64,000 bases of DNA, from the NCBI GenBank assembly GCA_000724175.1, contig JPGV01000010.1, positions 61,199 through 125,198 of the forward strand. Reading direction: 5' to 3'. A program made the translations under genes and the position numbers. The DNA comes from [Candidatus Thermochlorobacteriaceae] bacterium GBChlB (GTDB lineage: Bacteria; Bacteroidota; Chlorobiia; Chlorobiales; Thermochlorobacteraceae). The notes below the pieces were generated by a model. It was not told where the DNA came from, searched no databases, and was given only the letters and a program-made list of their open reading frames with translations. Of the stretch, positions 1 through 8,537 are shown piece by piece. Positions within the stretch are counted from its first letter, which is position 1, and every line of letters starts with the position of its first letter.

Positions 1-2015
1 TGATATGGTAAAATTTTTGCAAGTGCCGCACGGCGTCCAGCTTCGTCGGATGCCAGAATCATTTCGCGCACGGCATCAATGCGGTCGCCGCCGAAGAACA
101 TATGCTCGGTTCGGCAGAGTCCAATTCCTTCTGCACCGAAAGCCAGGGCGTGCGCAGCTTGGTCGGGCTGGTCGGCGTTGGTGCGAATTTTCAACCGACG
201 GTATTTATCTGCCCATTGCATCAAGCGGTCATACATTCGGTAGACTTCCGACTGCTCAGGCTTCAGGGATTTTTGAAACAACACTTGCGCGACTTCCGAG
301 GGCTTCGTAGTGATTTCGCCTTCAAAGACTTCGCCCGTCGAGCCATCAATGGAAATGTAATCGCCCTCTCTGATGAGGAAATCTTTCCCGCGAACTTTCA
401 TACGCGAATTTTCATAACTGATTTCCAGCGGCTCGCAGCCTGCAACGCAGACTTTGCCCATTTGCCGCGCCACAAGTGCGGCGTGCGATGTCATGCCGCC
501 GCGCGCGGTCAGAATGCCTTCCGCTACTGCCATGCCGCGAATATCTTCGGGCGATGTTTCAATGCGGACAAGTATGACGCGCTCACCGCGTTGGGCGGCG
601 TCTTCAGCGTCGCTAGCATTGAAATACACTTTGCCTGTCGCTGCTCCCGGACCTGCGTTCAGCCCTTTTGCCATCAATCGCCCTTTCTCGGACGCCTCAC
701 GTTTTTCTTTTGAATCGAAAATTGGGCGCAAGAGTTGGTTCAATTGTTCAGGCTCGATGCGCATCAATGCTTCCTTTTCAGAGATGAGCTTTTCGTCTTT
801 CATATCGAGCGCGATTTTAATCGCTGCAAACCCAGTGCGTTTGCCAACGCGGCACTGAAGCATAAAGAGCTGTCCTTGCTCAATCGTGAACTCAATATCC
901 ATCATTTCTTTGTAATGCTTCTCCAGCGTCTTGCGAATCTTCTCGAGTTGCGCGTAAATCTCAGCGTTTGTTCTTTGAAGCTCGCTGATTTTCAGGGGCG
1001 TGCGCGTGCCAGCGACGACGTCCTCGCCTTGTGCGTTCATCAAGTATTCGCCGTAGAAGATGTTCTCGCCTGTTGCAGGGTCTCGCGTGAAGGCAACCCC
1101 CGTTCCAGAATTTTCGCCGAGATTTCCAAACGCCATAGCTTGCACATTACACGCGGTTCCCCAGTCCGCGGGAATGTTGTTCATTCGTCGATAAACAATG
1201 GCGCGGTCGTTGTTCCAACTGCCGAACACCGCACCGATAGCGCCGCGCAGTTGCTCGACGGGGTTCGTTGGAAAATCGTTCCCCGTGCGCTCTTTGATGG
1301 CGCGTTTGAATTTGACGACGAGGTCTTTCAAATCGTCGGCGGTCAGCGCAGTGTCGTTCTCGATGCCGCGCTCATGCTTTTCTGATTCAATGATGGCTTC
1401 GAATGGGTCGATGTCTTTCTTATTCTGTGGCTTTAAGCCTAAAACTACATCGCCATACATCTGCACAAATCGGCGGTAGCAGTCCCACGCAAAACGCTCG
1501 TTGCCAGAGAGTCGCGCCAGTCCAGCAACGGTTTCGTCGTTGAGTCCTAAGTTTAAAATTGTGTCCATCATACCGGGCATTGAGGCACGCGCGCCGCTTC
1601 GCACAGAGACGAGCAACGGATTTTTTGCGTCGCCGAATTTTTTGCCCAGCAGTTGCTCCATTTTTTTGAGCGCGGCGGGAATGTCTTTTTCAAAGAGCGA
1701 TTTCGGGTAGGTCAGTTGGTTATCGTAGTAGTAAGTGCAGACCTCTGTTGTAATTGTAAAACCGGGCGGCACGGGCAAGCCGATGTTCGTCATCTCAGCA
1801 AGGTTCGCACCTTTGCCGCCAAGCAAGTTTTTCATCTCAGCTCTTCCGTCGGCTTTACCGCCACCGAAGAAATACACATACTTGCTGGCGGCAGACTTCT
1901 TTGTTGATACAGGTTGAGCACCTCCGTTTCTCGATAATTTTTTCGCGCCAGATTTAGCAAGCGATGCAGAGACGCTGGACTCTTTGGAACTTTTAGAAAC
2001 AACAGCTTTTGGCAT
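1..2015 (-). CDS. ppdK: pyruvate, phosphate dikinase (N-terminal ~671 codons; the 3' end of the gene lies beyond the window start)
   Basis: Absent from the ORF track because it is open at the window edge. My reverse-strand translation from the ATG at 2015-2013 reads MPKAVVSK...[49 protein letters not shown]...[24 protein letters not shown]. The phosphohistidine motif [16 protein letters not shown] is in frame (its Met codon is at 494-492). All plus-strand ORFs listed between 5 and 1917 are antisense shadows of this gene. Confidence 0.9.
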   Translation of the reverse strand, partial: MPKAVVSKSSKESSVSASLAKSGAKKLSRNGGAQPVSTKKSAASKYVYFFGGGKADGRAEMKNLLGGKGANLAEMTNIGLPVPPGFTITTEVCTYYYDNQLTYPKSLFEKDIPAALKKMEQLLGKKFGDAKNPLLVSVRSGARASMPGMMDTILNLGLNDETVAGLARLSGNERFAWDCYRRFVQMYGDVVLGLKPQNKKDIDPFEAIIESEKHERGIENDTALTADDLKDLVVKFKRAIKERTGNDFPTNPVEQLRGAIGAVFGSWNNDRAIVYRRMNNIPADWGTACNVQAMAFGNLGENSGTGVAFTRDPATGENIFYGEYLMNAQGEDVVAGTRTPLKISELQRTNAEIYAQLEKIRKTLEKHYKEMMDIEFTIEQGQLFMLQCRVGKRTGFAAIKIALDMKDEKLISEKEALMRIEPEQLNQLLRPIFDSKEKREASEKGRLMAKGLNAGPGAATGKVYFNASDAEDAAQRGERVILVRIETSPEDIRGMAVAEGILTARGGMTSHAALVARQMGKVCVAGCEPLEISYENSRMKVRGKDFLIREGDYISIDGSTGEVFEGEITTKPSEVAQVLFQKSLKPEQSEVYRMYDRLMQWADKYRRLKIRTNADQPDQAAHALAFGAEGIGLCRTEHMFFGGDRIDAVREMILASDEAGRRAALAKILPY

Positions 2016-2145
2016 AGTCATCCTATTACTTTGTTGAAATGAACTTGTATTTTTAGAGGCATTTATAGGAAAGTTACATAAAGAGAATTGCGTTGCCAAG
2101 ATGGTTTGTTGTTTGATTTTTCACAACGCTTTCAATTGAATCACT

Positions 2146-2625
2146 ATGCCTATTTCAACAGAGATGGACTTGCCGATTGCCTTCGAGAACAAATCGCACG
2201 AGGCATTGATGAACGTGTGGTGGACGGCGAACCTGTTGCGAAAAGTCTCGACGAAGTTTTTTCAGGAGTCGCTCTCATCGGATGCGCAGTTCAACATTCT
2301 CATTCTACTCAAAGATTCGCCGACGCCACTCACGCAAAAAGAGTTAAGCCAAAAACTCTTGGTCGATAAATCAAACATCACCGGACTTTTAGACCGGCTC
2401 GAGAAACAGCGGCTCATCAGGCGTGAAGCAGTTTTGGGCGACCGTCGCAGCTATCACATCAAACTTACCAAACAAGGCGACGAGCTTGTAACGAAACTCG
2501 ATAAAGCCTATCAAAAAAAAGTGCGCGAAATTATGAACGACCTGAGCGCCAAAGACTGCGACGACCTCATTCGCCTCACCAGAAAAATTCGCGCCTCTAT
2601 GCGTCGACAAACCAATGTGATATAA
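2146..2625 (+). CDS. MarR-family transcriptional regulator
   Basis: 159-aa ORF with the winged-helix MarR signature LTQKELSQKLLVDKSNITGLLDRLEKQRLIRREAVLGDRRSYHIKLTKQGDELV. It is divergent from ppdK. Confidence 0.9.
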   Translation: MPISTEMDLPIAFENKSHEALMNVWWTANLLRKVSTKFFQESLSSDAQFNILILLKDSPTPLTQKELSQKLLVDKSNITGLLDRLEKQRLIRREAVLGDRRSYHIKLTKQGDELVTKLDKAYQKKVREIMNDLSAKDCDDLIRLTRKIRASMRRQTNVI

Positions 2626-2657
2626 CGCACAACGGCTGCCCTGTAAAAAGCGTAATT

Positions 2658-2673
2658 AGTTGATGCATCAACT
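2658..2673. promoter_or_regulatory. perfect 16-bp palindrome AGTTGATGCATCAACT; candidate MarR operator
   Basis: Read directly: agttgatg/catcaact is self-complementary. It lies 33 nt after the marR stop and 55 nt before the yiaAB-like start. MarR proteins typically bind short palindromes near their own locus. Confidence 0.3.
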
Positions 2674-2713
2674 GTTTATTTAACAACTGTTTATTTAACA
2701 ACTTTTTAATTAA
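2669..2713. repeat. three tandem 15-bp direct repeats (CAACTGTTTATTTAA x2, then CAACTTTTTAATTAA)
   Basis: Copies at 2669-2683, 2684-2698 and 2699-2713. The first two are identical and the third has 2 mismatches. The array overlaps the right arm of the palindrome and ends 15 nt before the ATG at 2728. Confidence 0.85.
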
Positions 2714-2727
2714 AACTCCTCAAAATT

Positions 2728-3183
2728 ATGACTGTACCAGTGTCTGCCCGTGTGGATACGCCCGCATGGATATTTCAAGTTTGGGCGTCGTTCTTTATCT
2801 CGGTTGTTCTCGCCGCCGTCGGCACATATCATCTGCCCGTCGAGAACTGGCTGAAAGGATACTTTGCAATGGGATTATTTTTTTCGGTGAGCAGCAGTTT
2901 TACGCTTGCAAAAACGGTGCGCGACAACCGCGACGCGACGCGCGACACAGGCGCATGGGTTATGCAAACATGGGCGTCGTTTATAATTGCGATTCTTCTT
3001 GTTGTCGTCGGCATCTGGAACTTGCCTGTCGATACTTGGGTTCGCGGCTATGTGGCGGTGGTATACTTCTTCGTCTTGGCATCGAGCTTTACGCTCTCGA
3101 AAACGATTCGCGATAATGACGAAGCGCGAAAACAACATGCAATTGGAACAACGGCGACAAAATTCGCCGCGGAGGAACTTTAA
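2728..3183 (+). CDS. YiaA/YiaB-family inner-membrane protein (two YiaAB two-helix modules)
   Basis: 151 aa with an internal duplication: WIFQVWASFFISVVLAAVGTYHLPVENWLKGYFAMGLFFSVSSSFTLAKTVRDNRD and WVMQTWASFIIAILLVVVGIWNLPVDTWVRGYVAVVYFFVLASSFTLSKTIRDNDE. This matches the pattern of E. coli YiaA/YiaB (PF05360). Confidence 0.8.
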   Translation: MTVPVSARVDTPAWIFQVWASFFISVVLAAVGTYHLPVENWLKGYFAMGLFFSVSSSFTLAKTVRDNRDATRDTGAWVMQTWASFIIAILLVVVGIWNLPVDTWVRGYVAVVYFFVLASSFTLSKTIRDNDEARKQHAIGTTATKFAAEEL

Positions 3184-3238
3184 CGCGCATTAACGACGAA
3201 CTGCATCATCATTTACTTGAACGAGCAGAGAGGTAGCG

Positions 3239-5146
3239 ATGAATAATCAAGTCTATATCACGGCAGCAGGAAAATTTTTGCCCGGCTCGCCCGTCGGCAA
3301 CGATGAAATCGAGCAGTATCTCGGCATGATTGGCGGCAAACCATCGCGCGTCAAGCACCGCATCTTAAAGCAAAACGGTATCCAAACGCGATATTATGCG
3401 CTCGATAAAGCGCAGACCTCGCTTTATTCCAACAGTGAAATGGCAGCACTTGCCGTGCGCGATATGATTGAGCGCGCGCCGATTCGACTGAACGACGTGG
3501 ACTTTCTCGCTGCCGCCACTACGCAGGGCGACCTCATGCTGCCCGGGTTCGCCAGTATGATTCACGGCGAACTTAAAAATCCAAGTTGCGAGATTGCGTC
3601 GTTTCACAGCGTTTGCGCCAGCGGAATGATGGCGATGAAATCGGCGTATCTGCAAGTAAAATCAGGCGAGAAGCGCAACGCCGTCTCGGTTGCAAGCGAA
3701 TTTCCGAGCCGCTTTTTGAAAGCGTCGCATTACGAACAGCAGCGTAGTTTCGTTCAAGAACAAAGCATACCGTTTGATACCGAGTTTCTTCGGTGGATGC
3801 TCTCCGACGGCGCAGGCGCAACATTGCTTCAAGACCAACTGAACCCGAAAGGCATCTCGCTTCGCGTCGAGTGGATTACGCTCAAATCGCACGCCGATAA
3901 ATACGATGTCTGTATGTATGCCGGCTCGCAAAAAGACGAAGCAGGAACGCTGCGCAAGCACGGGTGGATGGATTACGCCGACGTGCAAACAGCGGCAAGC
4001 GACGGCGCGATTAATCTTAAACAAGACATTCGCCTGCTGGAAAACATTGTCAAAATTGGCGTCGATGGGTTCTTTGAACTAATTGATAAAAAAATGATTG
4101 CACCAAGCGACATCGATTGGCTGCTGTTTCATTACTCGTCGCATTTCTTCAAAGGCGAGACGAATAAACTCTTGCACAAAGCCGGCGTCGTCATTCCCGA
4201 TGAAAAATGGTTCACAAACCTTTACACGAAAGGCAACACTGGTTCAGCGTCGATTTACATCATGCTCGAGGAACTTTTGAACGATGGACACTTGAAGCCG
4301 AATCAAAAAGTCCTGTGTATCGTGCCTGAAAGCGGCCGATTCATCGTCTCGTTTATGTTGCTTACAGCAGTCGCGCCAAACCATAAAAACATTGTTGAAA
4401 CCAAAACCATTGATGTACAAACCATCCCTGAAAAAGACGAAACGGCTCGCAACGCCGCGCCGGAACTGGTGGTTTCGGGCAATGAAAACGCCGAATGGCT
4501 TGTTCGTCAACTCGCTCGCGTTTGGATTGACTTCGATGCCAAACTGAACGACGTGCCGATTCTTCAACGACTGAGTCGCGGGAAATTCACGATTGAAGAT
4601 TACAAACTGCTCTTGCTCAATTTGCGGCAACAAGTGATGGAGGGCGCGCGGTGGATTGCACGTGCCGCGTCGAGCTTCACGATTGAAGCATTTGAGTTGC
4701 GGTCGATCTTCATCGGTCACGCCAAAGAAGAGCATCGAGATTATCAGATGTTGGACCGCGATTATGTCTCGGTCGGCGGCGTGTTGGAAGAGATTACGTC
4801 GTCGCAAAAAAACATCGGCAGTGAGGCGCTCTCGGCATGGATGTTCCATCGGGCAAGCCAAGAAAATCCGTTTGACCTTTTGGGCGCGATGTATATCATT
4901 GAGGGCTTGGGCAATCGGAAAGCCGCTCTGTGGGGCGAGCAAATCAAAGCGCAGTTGGGGCTCAATGACAAACAAGTCTCGTTTTTGTTGTATCACGGCG
5001 CGAATGATGATTCACACTTCGATAAATTGGAGCAAGCGTTGTCATCGCCGCTTCTGACGCGCGCCGTCGCCGAAAAAATTTTGAAAACCGCCAAAGTAAC
5101 CGCTCGATTGTATCTTCTACAGTTGGAAGAATTGGGCAACTACTAA
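3239..5146 (+). CDS. fusion protein: FabH-like beta-ketoacyl synthase III (KAS III) N-domain plus heme-oxygenase-like iron-containing redox enzyme C-domain
   Basis: 635 aa. The N-terminal ~375 aa carry KAS III hallmarks: active-site Cys in HSVCASGMMAMKSAY, His in LLFHYSSHFF, Asn in TKGNTGSASIY. A ~40-aa linker follows. The C-terminal ~220 aa are helical with a PF14518-like pattern (YKLLLLNLRQQVMEGARWIA, IGHAKEEHRDYQMLDRD, LGAMYIIEGLG, YHGANDDSHFDKLE). Confidence 0.75.
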   Translation: MNNQVYITAAGKFLPGSPVGNDEIEQYLGMIGGKPSRVKHRILKQNGIQTRYYALDKAQTSLYSNSEMAALAVRDMIERAPIRLNDVDFLAAATTQGDLMLPGFASMIHGELKNPSCEIASFHSVCASGMMAMKSAYLQVKSGEKRNAVSVASEFPSRFLKASHYEQQRSFVQEQSIPFDTEFLRWMLSDGAGATLLQDQLNPKGISLRVEWITLKSHADKYDVCMYAGSQKDEAGTLRKHGWMDYADVQTAASDGAINLKQDIRLLENIVKIGVDGFFELIDKKMIAPSDIDWLLFHYSSHFFKGETNKLLHKAGVVIPDEKWFTNLYTKGNTGSASIYIMLEELLNDGHLKPNQKVLCIVPESGRFIVSFMLLTAVAPNHKNIVETKTIDVQTIPEKDETARNAAPELVVSGNENAEWLVRQLARVWIDFDAKLNDVPILQRLSRGKFTIEDYKLLLLNLRQQVMEGARWIARAASSFTIEAFELRSIFIGHAKEEHRDYQMLDRDYVSVGGVLEEITSSQKNIGSEALSAWMFHRASQENPFDLLGAMYIIEGLGNRKAALWGEQIKAQLGLNDKQVSFLLYHGANDDSHFDKLEQALSSPLLTRAVAEKILKTAKVTARLYLLQLEELGNY

Positions 5147-5224
5147 CCGAAACGACTTGTAAAATCAGGCTATTTCAGGCGCTGGTGTTTTTAATTTAAA
5201 TGAACGACTAACCGAACGACGACG

Positions 5225-6136
5225 ATGCAACCGATATATTCAACCGAATTTTTGGAAATGGAGCATAACCCCAGAGACCCAAACCCTTGGCAGGCGCTCT
5301 TTCTCGACCGCAGCATTCCGATTAATGACGAGGCGAAAGCCGCATTTTTGAAAGATACAAACTCGTGGTCGCGTCAATTTCTCCTGCCGCTGGTGCGCCC
5401 GCTTGCGCGGCTGGCTATCGTGGGCATTCAAGTCTTGAAAGTCATCATTCCCAACAAATTCACGTCATCGCGGTTGCTGCATCAGTTTTTATTTTGGGGG
5501 CTAAAAACGTTTGTCAGTCCGACGGCAAACTATTTGATTCTGCGGCATTTTCACTTGGGGTCGGAAATTTTAGAGTTCATCGCCAAAAACGTCGAGGGCG
5601 CAACCGTCCCGCTCCATCCGCTCAAACCGAAAAATCTTACTGCGGTTAAAGACGATTTGTTTTTGCAGCACGACCTCAACTTGTTCAATTTCGTCATTCG
5701 GCTCAATAAAGAGCTGCGCGAAAAAAATCTTTCCATCAAGCCGCCCGCTTACTTGGATGTAAGTTTCATCACCGACGGCGCCCTTGACATTGACGAGATG
5801 CCAGCGCGATGGACGAACTTTTTGGATTTGCAATCCGCGATTGAAATTTTTACGCCCGTCTATCAACTCTTTCTCACCGACAGCGATTTTTGGCGGGCGA
5901 CAAACTCACTTCAACTTGATGAGACCATTGGCATCTATGCCGCAACGATTTTGCAGAGTCCATACCAGATGTTCGTCGTCAATAACAAACACCCACTTGT
6001 GCCGATGATTACGCTCAGTGCGGCGTATCGATTGATGTTGCACGGATTAGCAACGGAAACCCTACATGCGATTTTGGTTCAGAAGAAAAAAGAAGCTGCC
6101 GCGAAAGCATCGGAAGAAATTTTATCTTCGCGGTAG
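5225..6136 (+). CDS. hypothetical protein (no family recognised); probable operon partner of the KASIII fusion
   Basis: 303-aa ORF on the same strand, 78 nt after the fusion gene. It has one hydrophobic segment (LLPLVRPLARLAIVGIQVLKVII). No competing ORF of comparable length is present. Confidence 0.55.
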   Translation: MQPIYSTEFLEMEHNPRDPNPWQALFLDRSIPINDEAKAAFLKDTNSWSRQFLLPLVRPLARLAIVGIQVLKVIIPNKFTSSRLLHQFLFWGLKTFVSPTANYLILRHFHLGSEILEFIAKNVEGATVPLHPLKPKNLTAVKDDLFLQHDLNLFNFVIRLNKELREKNLSIKPPAYLDVSFITDGALDIDEMPARWTNFLDLQSAIEIFTPVYQLFLTDSDFWRATNSLQLDETIGIYAATILQSPYQMFVVNNKHPLVPMITLSAAYRLMLHGLATETLHAILVQKKKEAAAKASEEILSSR

Positions 6137-6167
6137 CTCACGAGTCTATCAGCCGGTGTTATCGTGC

Positions 6168-6197
6168 AAAACAAAAAGGGAAGCCATCTTGCTTCCC
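6168..6197 (-). terminator. intrinsic terminator downstream of dxs
   Basis: The minus strand reads GGGAAGC-aagatg-GCTTCCC followed by TTTTTGTTTT (7-bp GC-rich stem, 6-nt loop, T-run). It starts 30 nt after the dxs stop. Confidence 0.7.
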
Positions 6198-6226
6198 CTG
6201 TAACATCAAGTCCTTTCAGCGAAGGG

Positions 6227-8176
6227 TTATCGCACGATAACATCTTCTTCGGCGTGGGCGAATTGCAAAATGCGCTTGGCGACGCTCTCGGCGTCCAACC
6301 CGACTTCCTTGTGCAACTCTGCTGGCTGACCATGGTCGATAAATCGGTCGGGCAAGCCAATCACAAGCACTTTGTTTGAGTAGCCTTTTTCTTGTAGATA
6401 CTCGCAGACCGCGCTGCCAAACCCGCCCTTGATAGTGTTCTCTTCAATTGTTACAATGCGCTCAAAGCGTTCGCAGACGGTATCGAGCAGGTCTGTATCG
6501 AGCGGCTTAACAAAGCGCATATTGGCGACGAGCGGCGAAACATCATGTACCTCCAAAAGGTTGGCAGCAGCAAGTGCGTGATTGGTCATCACGCCAATGC
6601 CGAGAATCGCGACTTCCGAACCGTCGCGCAGAATTTCGCCTTTTCCAATGTCCAATTTCTTGAAGTCTTTTCGCATCTCCATACCAGTGGCATTGCCGCG
6701 GGGATAACGCAGTGCAATCGGTCCGTCGTCATAGGTGAGGGCAGTGTAGAGCATGTCGCGCAGTTCTTGTTCGTTCATCGGCGCCATAACCACCATGCGC
6801 GGAATGAGCCGAAGATACGAGAGGTCAAACGCTCCGTGATGTGTTGGTCCATCTGCCCCTGCCAAGCCGCCTCTGTCCATGGCGAACACCACGTTCAAAT
6901 TTTGCAAGGCGACATCGTGAATGATTTGGTCATAAGCGCGTTGCAAAAACGTGGAATAGATAGCTGCAACCGGCTTCATGCCTTGTGTTGCCAAGCCTGC
7001 GGCGAACGTAACCGCGTGTTCTTCGGCAATGCCGACATCGAAGAACCGTTCAGGAATTGCTGCTCCGAGAATTTTCAGCGATGTTCCCGACGGCATAGCG
7101 GCAGTAATGCCGACAATACGCTCGTCCATTTTGGCCAGTTCCGTAATCGCATGTCCGAACACATCTTGATACAGCGGCGGAGCGGACGGATTGGCGGGCT
7201 TGAGTGACTTGCCCGTGATTTTATCAAACGCGCCGCCCTGCGCGTGCCATTTCAATTGGTCTTCTTCGGCGAGCTTAAAGCCTTTCCCTTTGACCGTAAC
7301 CACATGCAAGAGTTTCGGGTTCGGCATCTCGCGCAGCTCACGCAAAATTTTCACCAGATGCTTGACATCGTGTCCGTCAATCGGACCGAAGTAACGAAAC
7401 CCCAGCGCCTCGAAAAATTGTCCGGGCGTAATCGCAGCTTTTAAGCCTTGCTCGAGGTTTCGGACGAACTGTCGCGCTTTCTCGCCAAGTTCATTATCGA
7501 TGTTGGAGAGCGTTTCCCAGATTTCGCGGCGCAGCCGATTGTAGGTTGAGTTCGTCGTAATGTCGGTGAGGTGTGCGTTCAAGCCGCCGACATTCGGGTC
7601 AATGGACATATTGTTGTCGTTGAGAATCACGGTAACATCGGTTTTCAGATGCCCAATGTGGTTGAGTCCCTCAAAGGCCATGCCGCCTGTCATTGCGCCG
7701 TCGCCGATAACCGCCACGATTTTGTAGTTGTCTTTTTTCAAATCGCGGGCGATTGCCATGCCAGCGGCGGCTGAGATGGACGTTGATGCGTGCCCAACGC
7801 CAAATGTGTCATACTTGCTTTCGCTGCGTTTCGGGAAGCCAGCGACGCCTTTGTATTGACGGTTTGTATGGAAAATGTTTTTTCGTCCTGTCAGAATTTT
7901 ATGCACATAGGCTTGATGTCCAACGTCCCACACCAATTGGTCTTTCGGCGTGTTATAGACATAGTGCAAGGCGACGGAAAGGTCGGCTGCGCCCAAACTT
8001 GCACCGAAGTGTCCGCCGTATTTCGAGACCACATCGATGATGAAGTCGCGGCATTCCTGCGTGATGGCAGGCAGGTCGTCGATTGAAAATTTCTTTAAAT
8101 CATCGGGAGAATTGATTTGAGAGAGATACTTGCCGAAGCTCGCCAATTCAGGCGATTCAGGGATGTTCTCCAACAT
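6227..8176 (-). CDS. dxs: 1-deoxy-D-xylulose-5-phosphate synthase
   Basis: 649 aa with GGHFGASLGAADLSVALHYVYNTPKDQLVWDVGHQAYVHKILTGR, the TPP-binding IGDGAMTGGMAFEGLN, and transketolase-like C-terminal domains. Confidence 0.95.
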   Translation of the reverse strand: MLENIPESPELASFGKYLSQINSPDDLKKFSIDDLPAITQECRDFIIDVVSKYGGHFGASLGAADLSVALHYVYNTPKDQLVWDVGHQAYVHKILTGRKNIFHTNRQYKGVAGFPKRSESKYDTFGVGHASTSISAAAGMAIARDLKKDNYKIVAVIGDGAMTGGMAFEGLNHIGHLKTDVTVILNDNNMSIDPNVGGLNAHLTDITTNSTYNRLRREIWETLSNIDNELGEKARQFVRNLEQGLKAAITPGQFFEALGFRYFGPIDGHDVKHLVKILRELREMPNPKLLHVVTVKGKGFKLAEEDQLKWHAQGGAFDKITGKSLKPANPSAPPLYQDVFGHAITELAKMDERIVGITAAMPSGTSLKILGAAIPERFFDVGIAEEHAVTFAAGLATQGMKPVAAIYSTFLQRAYDQIIHDVALQNLNVVFAMDRGGLAGADGPTHHGAFDLSYLRLIPRMVVMAPMNEQELRDMLYTALTYDDGPIALRYPRGNATGMEMRKDFKKLDIGKGEILRDGSEVAILGIGVMTNHALAAANLLEVHDVSPLVANMRFVKPLDTDLLDTVCERFERIVTIEENTIKGGFGSAVCEYLQEKGYSNKVLVIGLPDRFIDHGQPAELHKEVGLDAESVAKRILQFAHAEEDVIVR

Positions 8177-8537
8177 AGATTGTATTTTTTAGATTAAGCT
8201 GTAAGTGCAACTGTGTTAAAACGACTCCAAGAAAGTTTGAGCGTAGAGGTCAAAACGATGTTTCGCGGGTAAAAATTCACGGCTAAAGCAGTTTTATGCT
8301 GATATGTTGCGGAAAGGTTCATCCGCTCAACGGCGCTGAAGTTGATATTGCTAGACAAAAGTTACGCCAAAACCCTGCAATAAAAAAGATGTTGTAACGC
8401 TCGAACACCTTCCGTTGATGCAGAACGCGCACATAGCCTGCGCTGTCTCTGCCTCTTTCGGTGGTTTTTTACAAATGCGCTGTATTTGCCTAACTTCTCG
8501 TTTCTGTATTTACACCATCAACAAACCAAGATATGCT

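Noticed and set aside
5-1917. A series of plus-strand ORFs (60-216 aa) covering the first 1.9 kb
   Set aside because: They overlap one another in different frames, have low-complexity Arg/Ser/Ala-rich translations, and lie antisense to an uninterrupted, motif-rich ppdK reading frame on the minus strand.
8415-8537. Long N-terminal extensions implied by the ORF-track starts (8415 peptidase; also 21678 TldD-2, 38007 GH92-B, 41253 LamG, 44204 GH36-like, 46873 GH16, 48158 MFS, 58623 feoB, 58900 kinase)
   Set aside because: In each case an internal ATG is followed immediately by a typical signal peptide or the conserved family N-terminus. The upstream extension is Cys/Arg-rich, overlaps the neighbouring gene, or (at 38007) overlaps a terminator hairpin.
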